A DNA stretch of 64,000 bases from Candidatus Doudnabacteria bacterium. GTDB taxonomy: Bacteria > Patescibacteriota > Doudnabacteria > UBA920. A program made the position numbers and the translations under genes. Below the pieces are notes generated by a model. That model did not search any database. It saw only the letters and a program-made list of their open reading frames with translations, and had not been told where the DNA came from. This document shows positions 39,633-49,399 of this stretch, one piece after another. Positions within the stretch are counted from its first letter, which is position 1, and each line of letters begins with the position of its first letter. The stretch spans positions 330,853 through 394,852 of the forward strand of contig CAWINB010000004.1 in the NCBI GenBank assembly GCA_963837465.1. The letters run 5' to 3'.

Positions 39633-40682
39633 ATGAACAATATGACAACCTTCACTAAACAGTGGACTTCCAATAGGCCTAGAATTTTCGGGGTCTTTGG
39701 GAAAACCCAGCAGGATGACACATTTGAAATTTTAATTCCAAAATTTCTTGACTACGCCCAATTTGATTTGAAACTGGCCAAAGAGACCATCGGAAAATAC
39801 AAAGAATCTTTGGGTTGGGTGACAAGGTATCTGCCCGACGTGGAACGCCCCGCCCAAATGACGCTGGAAGATGTTACCCGAATTAAAAAGCAGGTGGCAA
39901 TGCGTGGCAATAGCGAGGCTCGGACTAACTCCATTATCTTCGCCTTGCGGAAGTTTTTGGACTATTGCGGCAAGCGGATGCAGATTGAAACCATTGACCC
40001 AAAGACCATAGAGCCGCTGAAAATCCCCAAGCGGGAAGTTATCTACCTTAACAAGGACGAGATAAAAAATCTGCGTGATGTATTTGACTTAGCCAACAAG
40101 CGGGAGTTCCGAATGCGGGTGCTGGTGGAATTTCTGCTCGGCACGGGAATGAGAATCTCTGAAGCGCTATCGGTCAATCGTGAGCAGATTAATTATGACA
40201 GCAAGGAAATAAAAATTGTCGGCAAGGGCAACAAGGAGCGCACAGTTTTTGTTTCCGATGATGCCTTAGGCTGGATAAAAAGGTATCTGGATACCCGCAC
40301 GGATGACAATCCTGCTGTCTTTATAACCTTTGGCGAGCAAGAAAGGTTAAGGCGGGGCGACTTGGCAGAATTATTAAGAGGTTATGGAATAAAAGCGGGG
40401 CTACAGAAGAAAGTTACGCCGCATATCTTGAGACACTCATCGGCAACCACGATGATGCGGAAAGGCTGTCCTCTGCCTTACATCCAGCAGTTGCTCGGCC
40501 ACGCCGACATTAAAACGACCGCCAAATATTATCTTGGCGTTGATAAACAATCCGTCAAAGATGCTCACGAAAAATATCTTAAGTTCGACCACCACCGTTT
40601 GGGAATGGCGGCACCTGTGCGTAAAGGTATTGACTTGGATAGCTACCTTGAGTATTTCTCGGCCTATCTTCCGAAAGAGTAG
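39633..40682 (+). CDS. tyrosine recombinase, B-type paralog 2
   Basis: 349 aa: ...KIVGKGNKERTVFV...FITFG...HILRHSSATTMM...TTAKYYLG. Confidence 0.9.
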   Translation: MNNMTTFTKQWTSNRPRIFGVFGKTQQDDTFEILIPKFLDYAQFDLKLAKETIGKYKESLGWVTRYLPDVERPAQMTLEDVTRIKKQVAMRGNSEARTNSIIFALRKFLDYCGKRMQIETIDPKTIEPLKIPKREVIYLNKDEIKNLRDVFDLANKREFRMRVLVEFLLGTGMRISEALSVNREQINYDSKEIKIVGKGNKERTVFVSDDALGWIKRYLDTRTDDNPAVFITFGEQERLRRGDLAELLRGYGIKAGLQKKVTPHILRHSSATTMMRKGCPLPYIQQLLGHADIKTTAKYYLGVDKQSVKDAHEKYLKFDHHRLGMAAPVRKGIDLDSYLEYFSAYLPKE

Positions 40683-40690
40683 AACAACAG

Positions 40691-40727
40691 CACCCGCCTG
40701 ATATTTATCAGGCGGGTGTTTGTTTTT
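40691..40727 (+). terminator. rho-independent terminator
   Basis: cacccgcctgata-ttt-atcaggcgggtg followed by a T-rich run. Confidence 0.6.
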
Positions 40728-40823
40728 AATTTTGAACCCGTCAAAAATAATGTTATAATTTAGGTAGTTTATGCACGCTGAAATATGAGCGTCATAGTAT
40801 ATAAAACAGTATAGGGAGCGGAT

Positions 40824-41861
40824 ATGGATACAAATTACCCCAATAAAATAAACAAAATTTTAAAGCCTAAGGCCGATAAGCGGTTGCCTTTGGTTATTGA
40901 CCTTTTTGCTGGCTGTGGAGGCTTGGCTTTGGGTTTTGAAGCGCAGGGTTTTGAAACTTTAGGCTATGAAATGGATAAAGACTGTTGCGAAACCTATAAT
41001 AAAAATTTAACTGGTAAATGTATACAGCAGTTTTTGGATGTTAATAGTGATTTTCCCAAAGCGGAAATTGTGATTGGCGGTCCACCTTGCCAGCCATTCA
41101 GCGTTAGGGGAAAACAAAAAGGTTTGGCCGACGAGCGGAACGGTTTTCCAGCTTTTATTGCCGCCGTTGAAAAAGCCAAGCCCCGCTTTTGGATGTTTGA
41201 AAATGTGAGAGGGTTATTTTACAAAAATAAAGAATATTTAAACGAAGTAATAGAAACGCTAAAAAATCTTGGTTATTTTGTTGAGTCTCATTTAGTTAAT
41301 GCTTCCAATTATGAAGTTCCCCAAAACAGGGAGAGGGTTATAGTAATAGGCTATAAAAATGGAAGTTTTAAATTTCCCCAAAAGCTCGGCACTAAAGTGA
41401 CGGCTGGGGAAGCTTTGGGCGAAATGGCCTTATCTGCTCCTAAGGGTTCAAGGTATTTGACCCCAAGTATGGACACTTATGTTGCTAAATATGAAGCGGC
41501 TTCTAAATGTGTTGTCCCAAGAGATTTGCATATGCACCTACCAGCAAGGACTTTGACGTGCAGGAATTTGTCGGGTTCTACAAGCGATATGCACAGAATT
41601 AAATTACCAAACGGCAAGCGTAGACAATTACTCGTTAGAGAGGCCGCTCGCTTGCAGAGCTTTCCTGATAAGTTTGAGTTTTGCGGGAGCGAGAGCAGTG
41701 CTTTTAAACAAATAGGCAATGCTGTGCCGCCTATGCTTTCCTACCACATTGCTGGTGCTGTAAAAGAATATTTGGAATCCGTAAATAAAACCCCGACCAA
41801 ACATATCAGAAATAATTCATTTGCTTACCAATATCAGCAAGCTATAAAATTCAATGTATAA
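40824..41861 (+). CDS. DNA (cytosine-5)-methyltransferase (Type II R-M)
   Basis: LVIDLFAGCGGLALGF (I), GGPPCQPFS (IV), ENVRGL (VI), QIGNAVPP (X). Confidence 0.9.
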   Translation: MDTNYPNKINKILKPKADKRLPLVIDLFAGCGGLALGFEAQGFETLGYEMDKDCCETYNKNLTGKCIQQFLDVNSDFPKAEIVIGGPPCQPFSVRGKQKGLADERNGFPAFIAAVEKAKPRFWMFENVRGLFYKNKEYLNEVIETLKNLGYFVESHLVNASNYEVPQNRERVIVIGYKNGSFKFPQKLGTKVTAGEALGEMALSAPKGSRYLTPSMDTYVAKYEAASKCVVPRDLHMHLPARTLTCRNLSGSTSDMHRIKLPNGKRRQLLVREAARLQSFPDKFEFCGSESSAFKQIGNAVPPMLSYHIAGAVKEYLESVNKTPTKHIRNNSFAYQYQQAIKFNV

Positions 41862-42873
41862 AATCTTAGATAAGTTCGCTCCCTCGGCGGAATTTAAAAC
41901 GAAGTCAAAGCAAAATAAAATTTTAGTTGACCAAGCCGCTTACGCCTTGATGAAGTTTGGTGTGCCTTTTGACGGCCTGTCTTTTAGGAGAATAGAGCGG
42001 ATGGCATTGTCCTTTATGGCGGTTTGCCAAGTTAGCGCAAAAAGCCACTGGCCAAAAACTAAGGATTTTACGGACAAGGTTGCTATGAAAACTAGGGACA
42101 TTATCAATTACGTTAATAAAAATTTTCAGGAAAATATATCGTCTGGTTCCTATGACGACATCCGCAGAAAAGATTTAAAATTGCTGGTGCTTGGAGATAT
42201 TGTCATTAGGACTAACCCCGAAGCGGCAAGGAACGACTCTACCAGAGGCTATGCGCTGAATCCAGCTTACAAAACAATAGTTAAGGAAATTGGCAAACCT
42301 AACTGGGATACCACAGTCAAAAAGTTTTTAAAAGGTAAAAAGACGGTTGCGGAATTACTTTCTTCCAAACGCAATGTGGCGACTATTCCCGTCGTGCTTC
42401 CCTCGGGAGCCGAGCTTCAATTTTCGCTTGGAGAACATAACGTATTACAAAAAGCCATTATAGAAGAATTTTTGCCTCGCTATGGCTATGGCTCCGAAGT
42501 TTTGTATGTTGGCGATACAGCCGACAAGTTCTTATATTTGAACAAAGAGAAGCTGGAAGCTTTAAAGTTCTTTGAGCTATCCCACGGCGAATTGCCCGAT
42601 GTTGTCGCTTATTCAAAAAGCAAAAATTGGTTATACCTTATAGAAGCCGTTCACAGTTCGGGACCGATATCGTCCATTAGGCTTGCGGAGCTAAAAAAGC
42701 TCACACAAAAATGCACCGCCGACATTGTATACATAACAGCATTTTTGGACAGGGAAACTTTTAGGAAATTTATAAAAGACATTGCCTGGGAAACCGAAGT
42801 TTGGATTGCTACCAACCCTGACCATTTGGTGCATTTTAACGGCGACAAATTTTTAGGACCCTACAAACAGTAG
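41854..42873 (+). CDS. putative Type II restriction endonuclease cognate to the C5-MTase (possibly BsuBI/PstI-like; unverified)
   Basis: 339 aa. Start overlaps the MTase stop (translational coupling). C-terminal ...PDVVAYSKSKNWLYLIEAVHSSGPIS...EVWIATNPDHLVHFNGDKFLGP resembles that family from memory only. Confidence 0.4.
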   Translation: MYKILDKFAPSAEFKTKSKQNKILVDQAAYALMKFGVPFDGLSFRRIERMALSFMAVCQVSAKSHWPKTKDFTDKVAMKTRDIINYVNKNFQENISSGSYDDIRRKDLKLLVLGDIVIRTNPEAARNDSTRGYALNPAYKTIVKEIGKPNWDTTVKKFLKGKKTVAELLSSKRNVATIPVVLPSGAELQFSLGEHNVLQKAIIEEFLPRYGYGSEVLYVGDTADKFLYLNKEKLEALKFFELSHGELPDVVAYSKSKNWLYLIEAVHSSGPISSIRLAELKKLTQKCTADIVYITAFLDRETFRKFIKDIAWETEVWIATNPDHLVHFNGDKFLGPYKQ

Positions 42874-43047
42874 GGTTAGCAGGAGAGCCTATGAAAATCG
42901 CTTAAAAGGCGATTTTTTGCTATTATTTAGATATAAAATTGTTGGATAACAGTCGGGGAAAAAACTATATATAGTTAAACAAGATTTTAAAATTTTATAT
43001 AGTTTCAGCTAACCTTAAACCAAAAAAATACTGAAGTAGATTGGCTT

Positions 43048-43614
43048 ATGATAAATAGAAAAATGATTTTTGAAGAAGTAAAAAATTGCTCCAAAAAATT
43101 AGGTTTGGGTAAGGCGAAAGTTAGTTTGTTAATTGTAAACAAGTCAGCGAAAAACAGGTTGGGCAATTTGGAATTAGAAGGAGACATCTATGCGAATCTT
43201 TTGCCCCTAAAAAGTGGTTATAAAATTAGATTTAATATAACGACCATAAATGATAATAAGTTAAACCGTAAGCAGTTGCGTGGATTGGTTTTTCACGAGT
43301 TAACCCACATATTGCGTCACGAATACACAAAATTTATCAGAGGCAAAGACAAAATTTCCTACGCCGAATTTGTAAAAGCCAATAAAAATTATAGTTATTG
43401 GCACGGCAGTTCCATAATTTCTGATATTAACGAATTAGAGGAGCTTTTGATTGATATTTTTGTAACTAGGCTGTGTATATTAGAAGGGTTTTCTTGGGGT
43501 TTGCCAATAGAGGATGAAAGTGGCGAAGCTGTGAATGATAGGAATTATTTGTCCAAAAGAGCCGAAGACTTTTATAGTTCCCTAAAAGAAAAAATCAGTA
43601 ATTTAAATGTTTAG
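43048..43614 (+). CDS. HExxH-motif protein (putative zinc metallopeptidase; DUF45/SprT/WLM-like)
   Basis: ...LVFHELTHILRHEY... Confidence 0.35.
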   Translation: MINRKMIFEEVKNCSKKLGLGKAKVSLLIVNKSAKNRLGNLELEGDIYANLLPLKSGYKIRFNITTINDNKLNRKQLRGLVFHELTHILRHEYTKFIRGKDKISYAEFVKANKNYSYWHGSSIISDINELEELLIDIFVTRLCILEGFSWGLPIEDESGEAVNDRNYLSKRAEDFYSSLKEKISNLNV

Positions 43615-43623
43615 AAAATCTTT

Positions 43624-43806
43624 GTGTATATGGCACTCAAAGAAAAGCAGGCTTACTATAAATGCAAAAAGTGCGGCGATGAGATTTATTGGAATACCCA
43701 CAAAAGGTATACCAAGTGCAGTTGCGGAGCTTTGGCGGTAGACGGGTGCGAAGAATATGTAAGGGTAATAGGCAACGCTAAGGACTGGGGGGAGATAAAA
43801 AAATAA
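43624..43806 (+). CDS. small zinc-ribbon protein
   Basis: 60 aa with CKKCG...CSCG...C pairs. Confidence 0.35.
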   Translation: MYMALKEKQAYYKCKKCGDEIYWNTHKRYTKCSCGALAVDGCEEYVRVIGNAKDWGEIKK

Positions 43807-43817
43807 TTCTAGAAATT

Positions 43818-44237
43818 ATGTCAAACCAAGACAGGTTAAAAATGTCCGATGTATACAGAGATTTTGTTCCAATTTTTGGCAAGAAAGTTCCGTTTGCAGA
43901 AGCTTACCCGCAAATTGAGAATATTAAAGTTGAGGTTGAACAACGAGGACAAGGAGTAAGAGAGTGGAATAAAAATTGGGTCTTGAACGGTATAAATGAC
44001 TTTAGACAATATATAGATTGCAGTAATCCTTTATGCGCCAAAGGCGGTTTTGCGTTGGGTGAAATGGTGCGAGATATGGTGCGCAACAAAGACGAATCCT
44101 TTGAGCAGAGTAAAATTTGTATTGGCAACGAGGGGTCGCCAAAAGGTAAAAGAATTTACCGAAAGTGTATGAATTATTTTACTGTTAAGGTAGCTATTCA
44201 ATACAAAAAGGAAGTAGACAAAGAAAATAAAGAATAA
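43818..44237 (+). CDS. hypothetical protein (Cys-containing)
   Basis: 139 aa; CSNPLCAKGG...CIGNEG...C. Confidence 0.4.
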   Translation: MSNQDRLKMSDVYRDFVPIFGKKVPFAEAYPQIENIKVEVEQRGQGVREWNKNWVLNGINDFRQYIDCSNPLCAKGGFALGEMVRDMVRNKDESFEQSKICIGNEGSPKGKRIYRKCMNYFTVKVAIQYKKEVDKENKE

Positions 44238-44241
44238 ATTT

Positions 44242-44856
44242 ATGCCTGAAAGACCAGCCCCCGAAGAGTTTAATAGGCCAATAGAAAGTCGGCAAGACCA
44301 AACTACGCCGATAGAGTTTCCGCACGCCGAAGCTGGCTTGGAGGCTTACCTTAAAGAGTATCCAAACGAAGCGTCCAGAGCGGAAAAGTTACGAGCCGTG
44401 TTCCAAGAGTTTTTACAGCGGGAAATAAAAAACATAAAAATATTCAAATCAGAACAGCTTGGTGCCGAATTGCCGTATACTTCTATTAAGATTGGGGAAT
44501 TAGCAAGAAGCATTTACAAAAAATACGCTGAGGCAGACAGTTTACCTGTTGAAGCCCCCGATGTCGCACCAGTGGCTCAAGAATTTGTATTTAATTCAGC
44601 CTTGTCCACGGATGAGGGTAATGAGTTTAACTTTGTAGAGGAGGCTATGCACGAAGCCGTTAAACATTTGCCCGCCGCTCTTAAAGCACTTAGAGAGGGC
44701 AAAGCTCCCGAAGAACGGGAAGTTTTTACTCTTGGTATGCCAACTAATGTATTAGGCAGGGTGTCGCCCGAACTGGCGGACAGAATAAACAAAGAACCTT
44801 TTGAGGAATTGGGCAAAGTCTTTGCTGAATTGGTAAAAGCAGAGAATGCGAGCTAA
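44242..44856 (+). CDS. hypothetical protein
   Basis: 204 aa, acidic, helical. Confidence 0.4.
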   Translation: MPERPAPEEFNRPIESRQDQTTPIEFPHAEAGLEAYLKEYPNEASRAEKLRAVFQEFLQREIKNIKIFKSEQLGAELPYTSIKIGELARSIYKKYAEADSLPVEAPDVAPVAQEFVFNSALSTDEGNEFNFVEEAMHEAVKHLPAALKALREGKAPEEREVFTLGMPTNVLGRVSPELADRINKEPFEELGKVFAELVKAENAS

Positions 44857-45817
44857 AGCAATAAAATTTCAAGGCGTATCTTTGAGTAGCAATATAGCAA
44901 TTAGAACGGCAGAAAATTTAGTTGAAAAAGGCTTGGTTACTCAAGACTTTGCCGTAGCCGAAAAAGACCATTTGCCGTATTTGCAAATTGAAGCCGAGGT
45001 TCCCGTTTCCCTTAGCCCGTCTAAAATAAAAGCCCTGCAAGTGCCAGTTGGTTTTTTTGCCGATGCTTTAAAAGAAAGAAAGTTGCCAGAAGTCAAAAGG
45101 ATAGAAGCTGGTAAGCCGCAGTTTGGAAAAGATGTAAATGAGGTGTTAGCCCAAAGGGGTATACACGAGCAAATGGCTGATGACCAAAAGAAGACTAAGC
45201 GTGGGGTCATACTTGATATACTCAAAAAGGTTGGCAACACTTTTAAGCCAAAACCTGAAACAAAAATTACCACCCTTTATGGTTTAAATGATTTAACCAC
45301 CAAGTCGCCGTCTATGGTTAAAGCGGCAAAAGTCCGCAAGCAGGAATTTGGCGGCACGCTTGGCCAAAACCTTTTGGAAAGGGCTAAGCCCAACGAAAGA
45401 GTGTTTACTGCCGAAATGATGCACCTTAGTCCTCGGTTTAGAAAAACTCAGCTAAGAAGAATGCGGGTGCTTGCTATAACTTTAGAAGATTTGGAACAGG
45501 GTAAAAATTTATTAGAGGTAGCACCAGAGCATATACCAACCCCCGAAGAAGTAAATTTGGTTTTTAGGGAACTAATAGGCAAGGAATACAGGGAAGTGCG
45601 TAAACGAGAAGACGAGCAAGGTCTTTACTTGTTAGAGGTGGAAGTTGCTGGAGAAGCGGAAGGTGAAATTACCGAATACGCTTATATGCGAAAAGGCCGT
45701 TATGCGGAAGGTCAAATTTCGGCAACCGAAATTCACGTTACTTATTACAAGGACGGCAAACCCGTAAGCGGAACATCGGCGGCAAGGTATGTTGATGGGG
45801 AATGGAGAATTCTTTAG
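44846..45817 (+). CDS. hypothetical protein
   Basis: 323 aa; overlaps the previous gene. Confidence 0.4.
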   Translation: MRAKAIKFQGVSLSSNIAIRTAENLVEKGLVTQDFAVAEKDHLPYLQIEAEVPVSLSPSKIKALQVPVGFFADALKERKLPEVKRIEAGKPQFGKDVNEVLAQRGIHEQMADDQKKTKRGVILDILKKVGNTFKPKPETKITTLYGLNDLTTKSPSMVKAAKVRKQEFGGTLGQNLLERAKPNERVFTAEMMHLSPRFRKTQLRRMRVLAITLEDLEQGKNLLEVAPEHIPTPEEVNLVFRELIGKEYREVRKREDEQGLYLLEVEVAGEAEGEITEYAYMRKGRYAEGQISATEIHVTYYKDGKPVSGTSAARYVDGEWRIL

Positions 45818-45849
45818 TAATAGCATAAAAATGCCAATTTAGTTTTCCT

Positions 45850-46056
45850 ACAAAAAGCTATTAAAACTCAATCGGCTAATTTAGGCTCTTAAACAATAGT
45901 GGGTAGCACAGAGGGTAAACTTTGGGAGGGGATAACTGTGTTGCTACAACTTTTTGTAATCGCTAACATCTGTGTAAGACTTTAAAAATTAAATATCTTT
46001 GCTGACCGAAGCGTAGTGCAGGAATTATTTTTTTACACCTCGGATTAAACACCTCC
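45850..46056 (+). repeat. right-arm repeat Y copy 1 ending in CACCTCC (46050-46056)
   Basis: ctattaaaact.aatcggct...aaacaatagtggg...ggtaaactttggaggggataact.tgttgcta...cgctaacatc...tttaaaaattaaatatc...ttacacctcggattaaacacctcc is shared with 47510-47727. Confidence 0.75.
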
Positions 46057-46124
46057 ATACGGCTACAACTTCCTCACTTAGCAAAAATCGCCCAAAAGGC
46101 GGTTTTTTTTGTTATAATTTAACT

Positions 46125-47486
46125 ATGCACGAACCAACTGAACCTAATAATCAACCCTGTCCAGGTTGTGGCTATCCAGCTCAAGCTGGCCACGCTCCTA
46201 ATTGCCCTACTGTCAGCAAAGGCGAAAAGGAAAAAAACCTTGAAGGAGTAGAAGCAAGGAAGTATACGGCCGAGGATATACAAAATTTTCAGGGTGAATT
46301 ATCACAATTTGAAAAAATGCGTAAGGCTGATAATGCCAACTACGTCTTTGATTTTACCGAGTATTACCAATTTTTAACCCAGCACAAAAAATCTCAAGAA
46401 CGACCTTTTACACAAAGAGATGTTTCGACACCTGGCTATCAAGATTTGGAAGTTGGCATATTCAAAGGCTGGAAACAAAATTTGTTAGCCAAAAAAGACA
46501 AACTCATCCAGTCACGACCAAAATTAGCACCGATTATCGGAATGCTAGAGAGCGAGCCTACGCCAAAAACCTTAGATGAACTTCGGGATTTGTTTAGAAA
46601 ACATCCCGACTTAAATGAATTTGGCGCAGTCCAATACCAAGACGGCGTGGGAGAACAGGGAGAAAAGAAAAGCGGATTTTTGCATATCAATATGTCCCGC
46701 TATAACGGCTATGAATACGAACTACCCAAGACGGATACCAGAGTTTACTTAAACCCGCCACCCGAAGCTATACCGCAAATATCTATGGAGCTTTGTAATA
46801 TAGCACAGGCTAAAAGATTTCCGTTATATTTTAAAACCATAGATTATTCTTTTCAAAAACCCAATCCCGACAACACCAACAGGCTGGATAAGTTTATTGT
46901 TTATACAGACAAGGCGCACGTGACCGCTCTCTCCCAAGAATTAAAAACTTTGCAAAGCAAACATCCCGAATGGTTTAACGGCAGAGAATTGCCAACTATG
47001 GTTGCCAAAATGGGCGAGGGCGTGGGAGTAGCGGAAGACCCTAACGAACAACAAATGCAAAAGTTTGGCGAGCGTGGCAAGTCATTTAACGGTATGAGGG
47101 CTTTATTTTTAAAGGATGTTTGGACGGGTGTGACAAAAGACATTATCTTAGCGCAACGGACTTGGCGGCCAAGAGGCGGTAGGACTATGGAAGAAATTTT
47201 TAATGATAATCTAAAAGCTGGGCTAACTCGTAGGCAGTTACAGCCTAATGTGATAGCCGATGTTATCGGCAAGGCTTGGGCGGCACAATTAGATAGTTCA
47301 AGAATGGGAAGTCTTCCCGACAGCAGAATAGCAGATGAAGTTGATAATGCCGTGGCAAGAACTATGGCTGATGTAATTCCTAACATTACCCCTGATTCCT
47401 TGCAACCAGCCGTGCAAAACCAAATCAACAAAAAAGCAAAGGATTATTTTATTAACCCTAATAATTTAGCTTTTAATCAAATTTAA
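46125..47486 (+). CDS. hypothetical protein with N-terminal Cys-rich (CPGCGYPAQAGHAPNCP) zinc-ribbon
   Basis: 453 aa; the only gene in a 1.7-kb segment bounded by two copies of repeat Y. Confidence 0.5.
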   Translation: MHEPTEPNNQPCPGCGYPAQAGHAPNCPTVSKGEKEKNLEGVEARKYTAEDIQNFQGELSQFEKMRKADNANYVFDFTEYYQFLTQHKKSQERPFTQRDVSTPGYQDLEVGIFKGWKQNLLAKKDKLIQSRPKLAPIIGMLESEPTPKTLDELRDLFRKHPDLNEFGAVQYQDGVGEQGEKKSGFLHINMSRYNGYEYELPKTDTRVYLNPPPEAIPQISMELCNIAQAKRFPLYFKTIDYSFQKPNPDNTNRLDKFIVYTDKAHVTALSQELKTLQSKHPEWFNGRELPTMVAKMGEGVGVAEDPNEQQMQKFGERGKSFNGMRALFLKDVWTGVTKDIILAQRTWRPRGGRTMEEIFNDNLKAGLTRRQLQPNVIADVIGKAWAAQLDSSRMGSLPDSRIADEVDNAVARTMADVIPNITPDSLQPAVQNQINKKAKDYFINPNNLAFNQI

Positions 47487-47509
47487 GGGATTATGGCCAG
47501 TTTAGTTTT

Positions 47510-47732
47510 TGTATAAGAATCTATTAAAACTAAATCGGCTTTAAACAATAGTGGGCGGTAGTGGGGGTAAACTTTGGAGGGGATAACTTTGTTGCTAAAA
47601 AATTTTACTGCCGCTAACATCCGAGTAGCAATTTAAAAATTAAATATCATCGCTGTAAGCGAGCTTGAAAATAAATAGTGGGAGCGAGTGGGGGTGAACA
47701 ACTTTACACCTCGGATTAAACACCTCCTTTCT
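47510..47732 (+). repeat. right-arm repeat Y copy 2 with full core CACCTCCTTTCT (47721-47732)
   Basis: See 45850-46056. Contains tandem ACACCTC half-sites (ttACACCTCgg and aaACACCTCct). Confidence 0.75.
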
Positions 47733-47996
47733 AAGGAACAATATGCACCCTTTTCCCTTTTCGAAGGGGAATGTTGGTTCACATTCCGTAGGTCGTCGTT
47801 AATTTTTTCGAAAATTAGCGCACTTCTTGAAACTTCAAAGAACGACGTAAACTGGTGGTTTTGTAACGGTAATTCTACCGTATTTAGCAATAAATACGGC
47901 CTAAGCGCCATTAATGCTTGGGATCACTATTTAGCCGTTAAAGGTTAAACACGAAATTGCAAAGAAAGTCTCGGCCGTTATGGTGCGAGGCTTTTT
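47733..47996 (+). repeat. element-arm repeat copy 3 (upstream of integrase A3)
   Basis: Same conserved blocks. Hairpin ccgtatttagcaataaatacgg (compensatory change versus copy 1 ccatattt...aaatatgg). Confidence 0.65.
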
Positions 47997-48968
47997 ATGT
48001 TCTATGCAAAAACGTCACTTGAATCAACCGCTAAAGTAGGAACTTTAGCGCCAATCTCCAATGATTTGACAATGAGCCAGCTCATTCCAATGTTTTTAAA
48101 GTACGGTCAGTTTGAATTAATGTTCTCACAGAACACGCTCACCAAATACGACGAGTGTTTAAAATGGGTTGTTAGGGACATCGGCGATTTGAAGGTCACG
48201 GAGTTAAGCCTGTTCCATTTTACCGAGTTAAAACAGATAATAACTAACCGTGGTTGCGGCACCAGCCGCGTTGCTTCCATGGTGTTCTCCATGAAGAGTT
48301 TCCTTAAGTATTGCAAGGACTATCTAGAGCTGCCGGTCATGGATTACAAAAAGATAAGGTCGCCGCGGTTTAAGCGCCGTGAAGTGATTTATTTAACTAA
48401 CGAAGAGATTGAGCAGTTTGTCAGCGCCATTAAAATAGAGAATGGCCCTCGTGCCATAAATTCGGTACGTATGGATGGCCTAAGGTTTCGGGTACTGGTG
48501 GAAGTCTTGCTCGGCACCGGCATGCGCATTTCTGAAGCCTTGTCGCTTAACAGGGATATGGTTGATTTTGAAAAGGCCGAAGCCAAGATTATAGGCAAAG
48601 GCAGCAAAGAACGTACAGTATTTTTCAGCGAGCGGTCGCTTGATTGGGTCAAGCGTTATCTATCCCTGCGTACAGACAATGAACCCGCTTTGTTTCTCAC
48701 CCAGCAGAATACGCGCCTGTCCAAGATAGATGTGCCCGGCTTCTTTAAACGGTACAGCAAGAAGGCCGGTATAACGAAGAAACTGACACCGCACGTGCTC
48801 AGGCATACCTGTGCTACGAACCTCTTGTTTAACGGCTGTCCCATAAACAATGTTCAAGTAATTTTAGGGCATGACCGGCTGGAAACCACCTGTCGCTATT
48901 ATCTCGGTGTTGACAAAACAAAAGCCAAAGAGGCACATGGCAACTTTTTAAATTATCAATTGTCGTAA
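47997..48968 (+). CDS. tyrosine recombinase/integrase, A-type paralog 3
   Basis: 323 aa: LRFRVLVEVLLGTGMRISEALSLNRDMVDFEKAEAKIIGKGSKERTVFFSE...HVLRHTCATNLLFNGCPI...TTCRYYLG. Confidence 0.9.
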   Translation: MFYAKTSLESTAKVGTLAPISNDLTMSQLIPMFLKYGQFELMFSQNTLTKYDECLKWVVRDIGDLKVTELSLFHFTELKQIITNRGCGTSRVASMVFSMKSFLKYCKDYLELPVMDYKKIRSPRFKRREVIYLTNEEIEQFVSAIKIENGPRAINSVRMDGLRFRVLVEVLLGTGMRISEALSLNRDMVDFEKAEAKIIGKGSKERTVFFSERSLDWVKRYLSLRTDNEPALFLTQQNTRLSKIDVPGFFKRYSKKAGITKKLTPHVLRHTCATNLLFNGCPINNVQVILGHDRLETTCRYYLGVDKTKAKEAHGNFLNYQLS

Positions 48969-49357
48969 TTTAGATACTTTGCGTGCGCGGCTTTCAGCGC
49001 GCGTTTATCGGTGCCCAGATAATACTGGGCCGTGGTGCGAATGTCCGAGTGCCCCAAGAGTTCCTGGATATAGCGGATGTCGCAACCGTTTTCCAGCATG
49101 ATCGTCGCGGCCGTGTGCCGCAGCGTATGCGGCGTGACTTTTTTCTTGATCCCGGACTTGGCCGCATACCTGCGGAATTCCTTGCCCAGGTCATAGCGGG
49201 CAAGCCGCTTGGCTTTGCCGAACGTCACGAAAAGGGCCAGGTTGTCATCGGTTCGGCTTTGCAGATACTTATTTATCCATTCCAAAGCGCGATCGCTTAT
49301 GAAAATTACCCGTTCCTTGTTGCCTTTGCCGATTATGGTAGCTTCTTTGGTTTGCAA
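48956..49357 (-). pseudogene. B-type tyrosine recombinase, C-terminal fragment (N-terminally truncated)
   Basis: 133 aa: ...IIGKGNKERVIFIS...FVTFG...HTLRHTAATIM...TTAQYYLG. Lacks the N-terminal two-thirds. Abuts the IS256-type transposase fragment. Confidence 0.8.
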
Positions 49358-49399
49358 GTTTATGCTGTCGCGGTTAAGGCTTAAAATTTCCGAAATACG

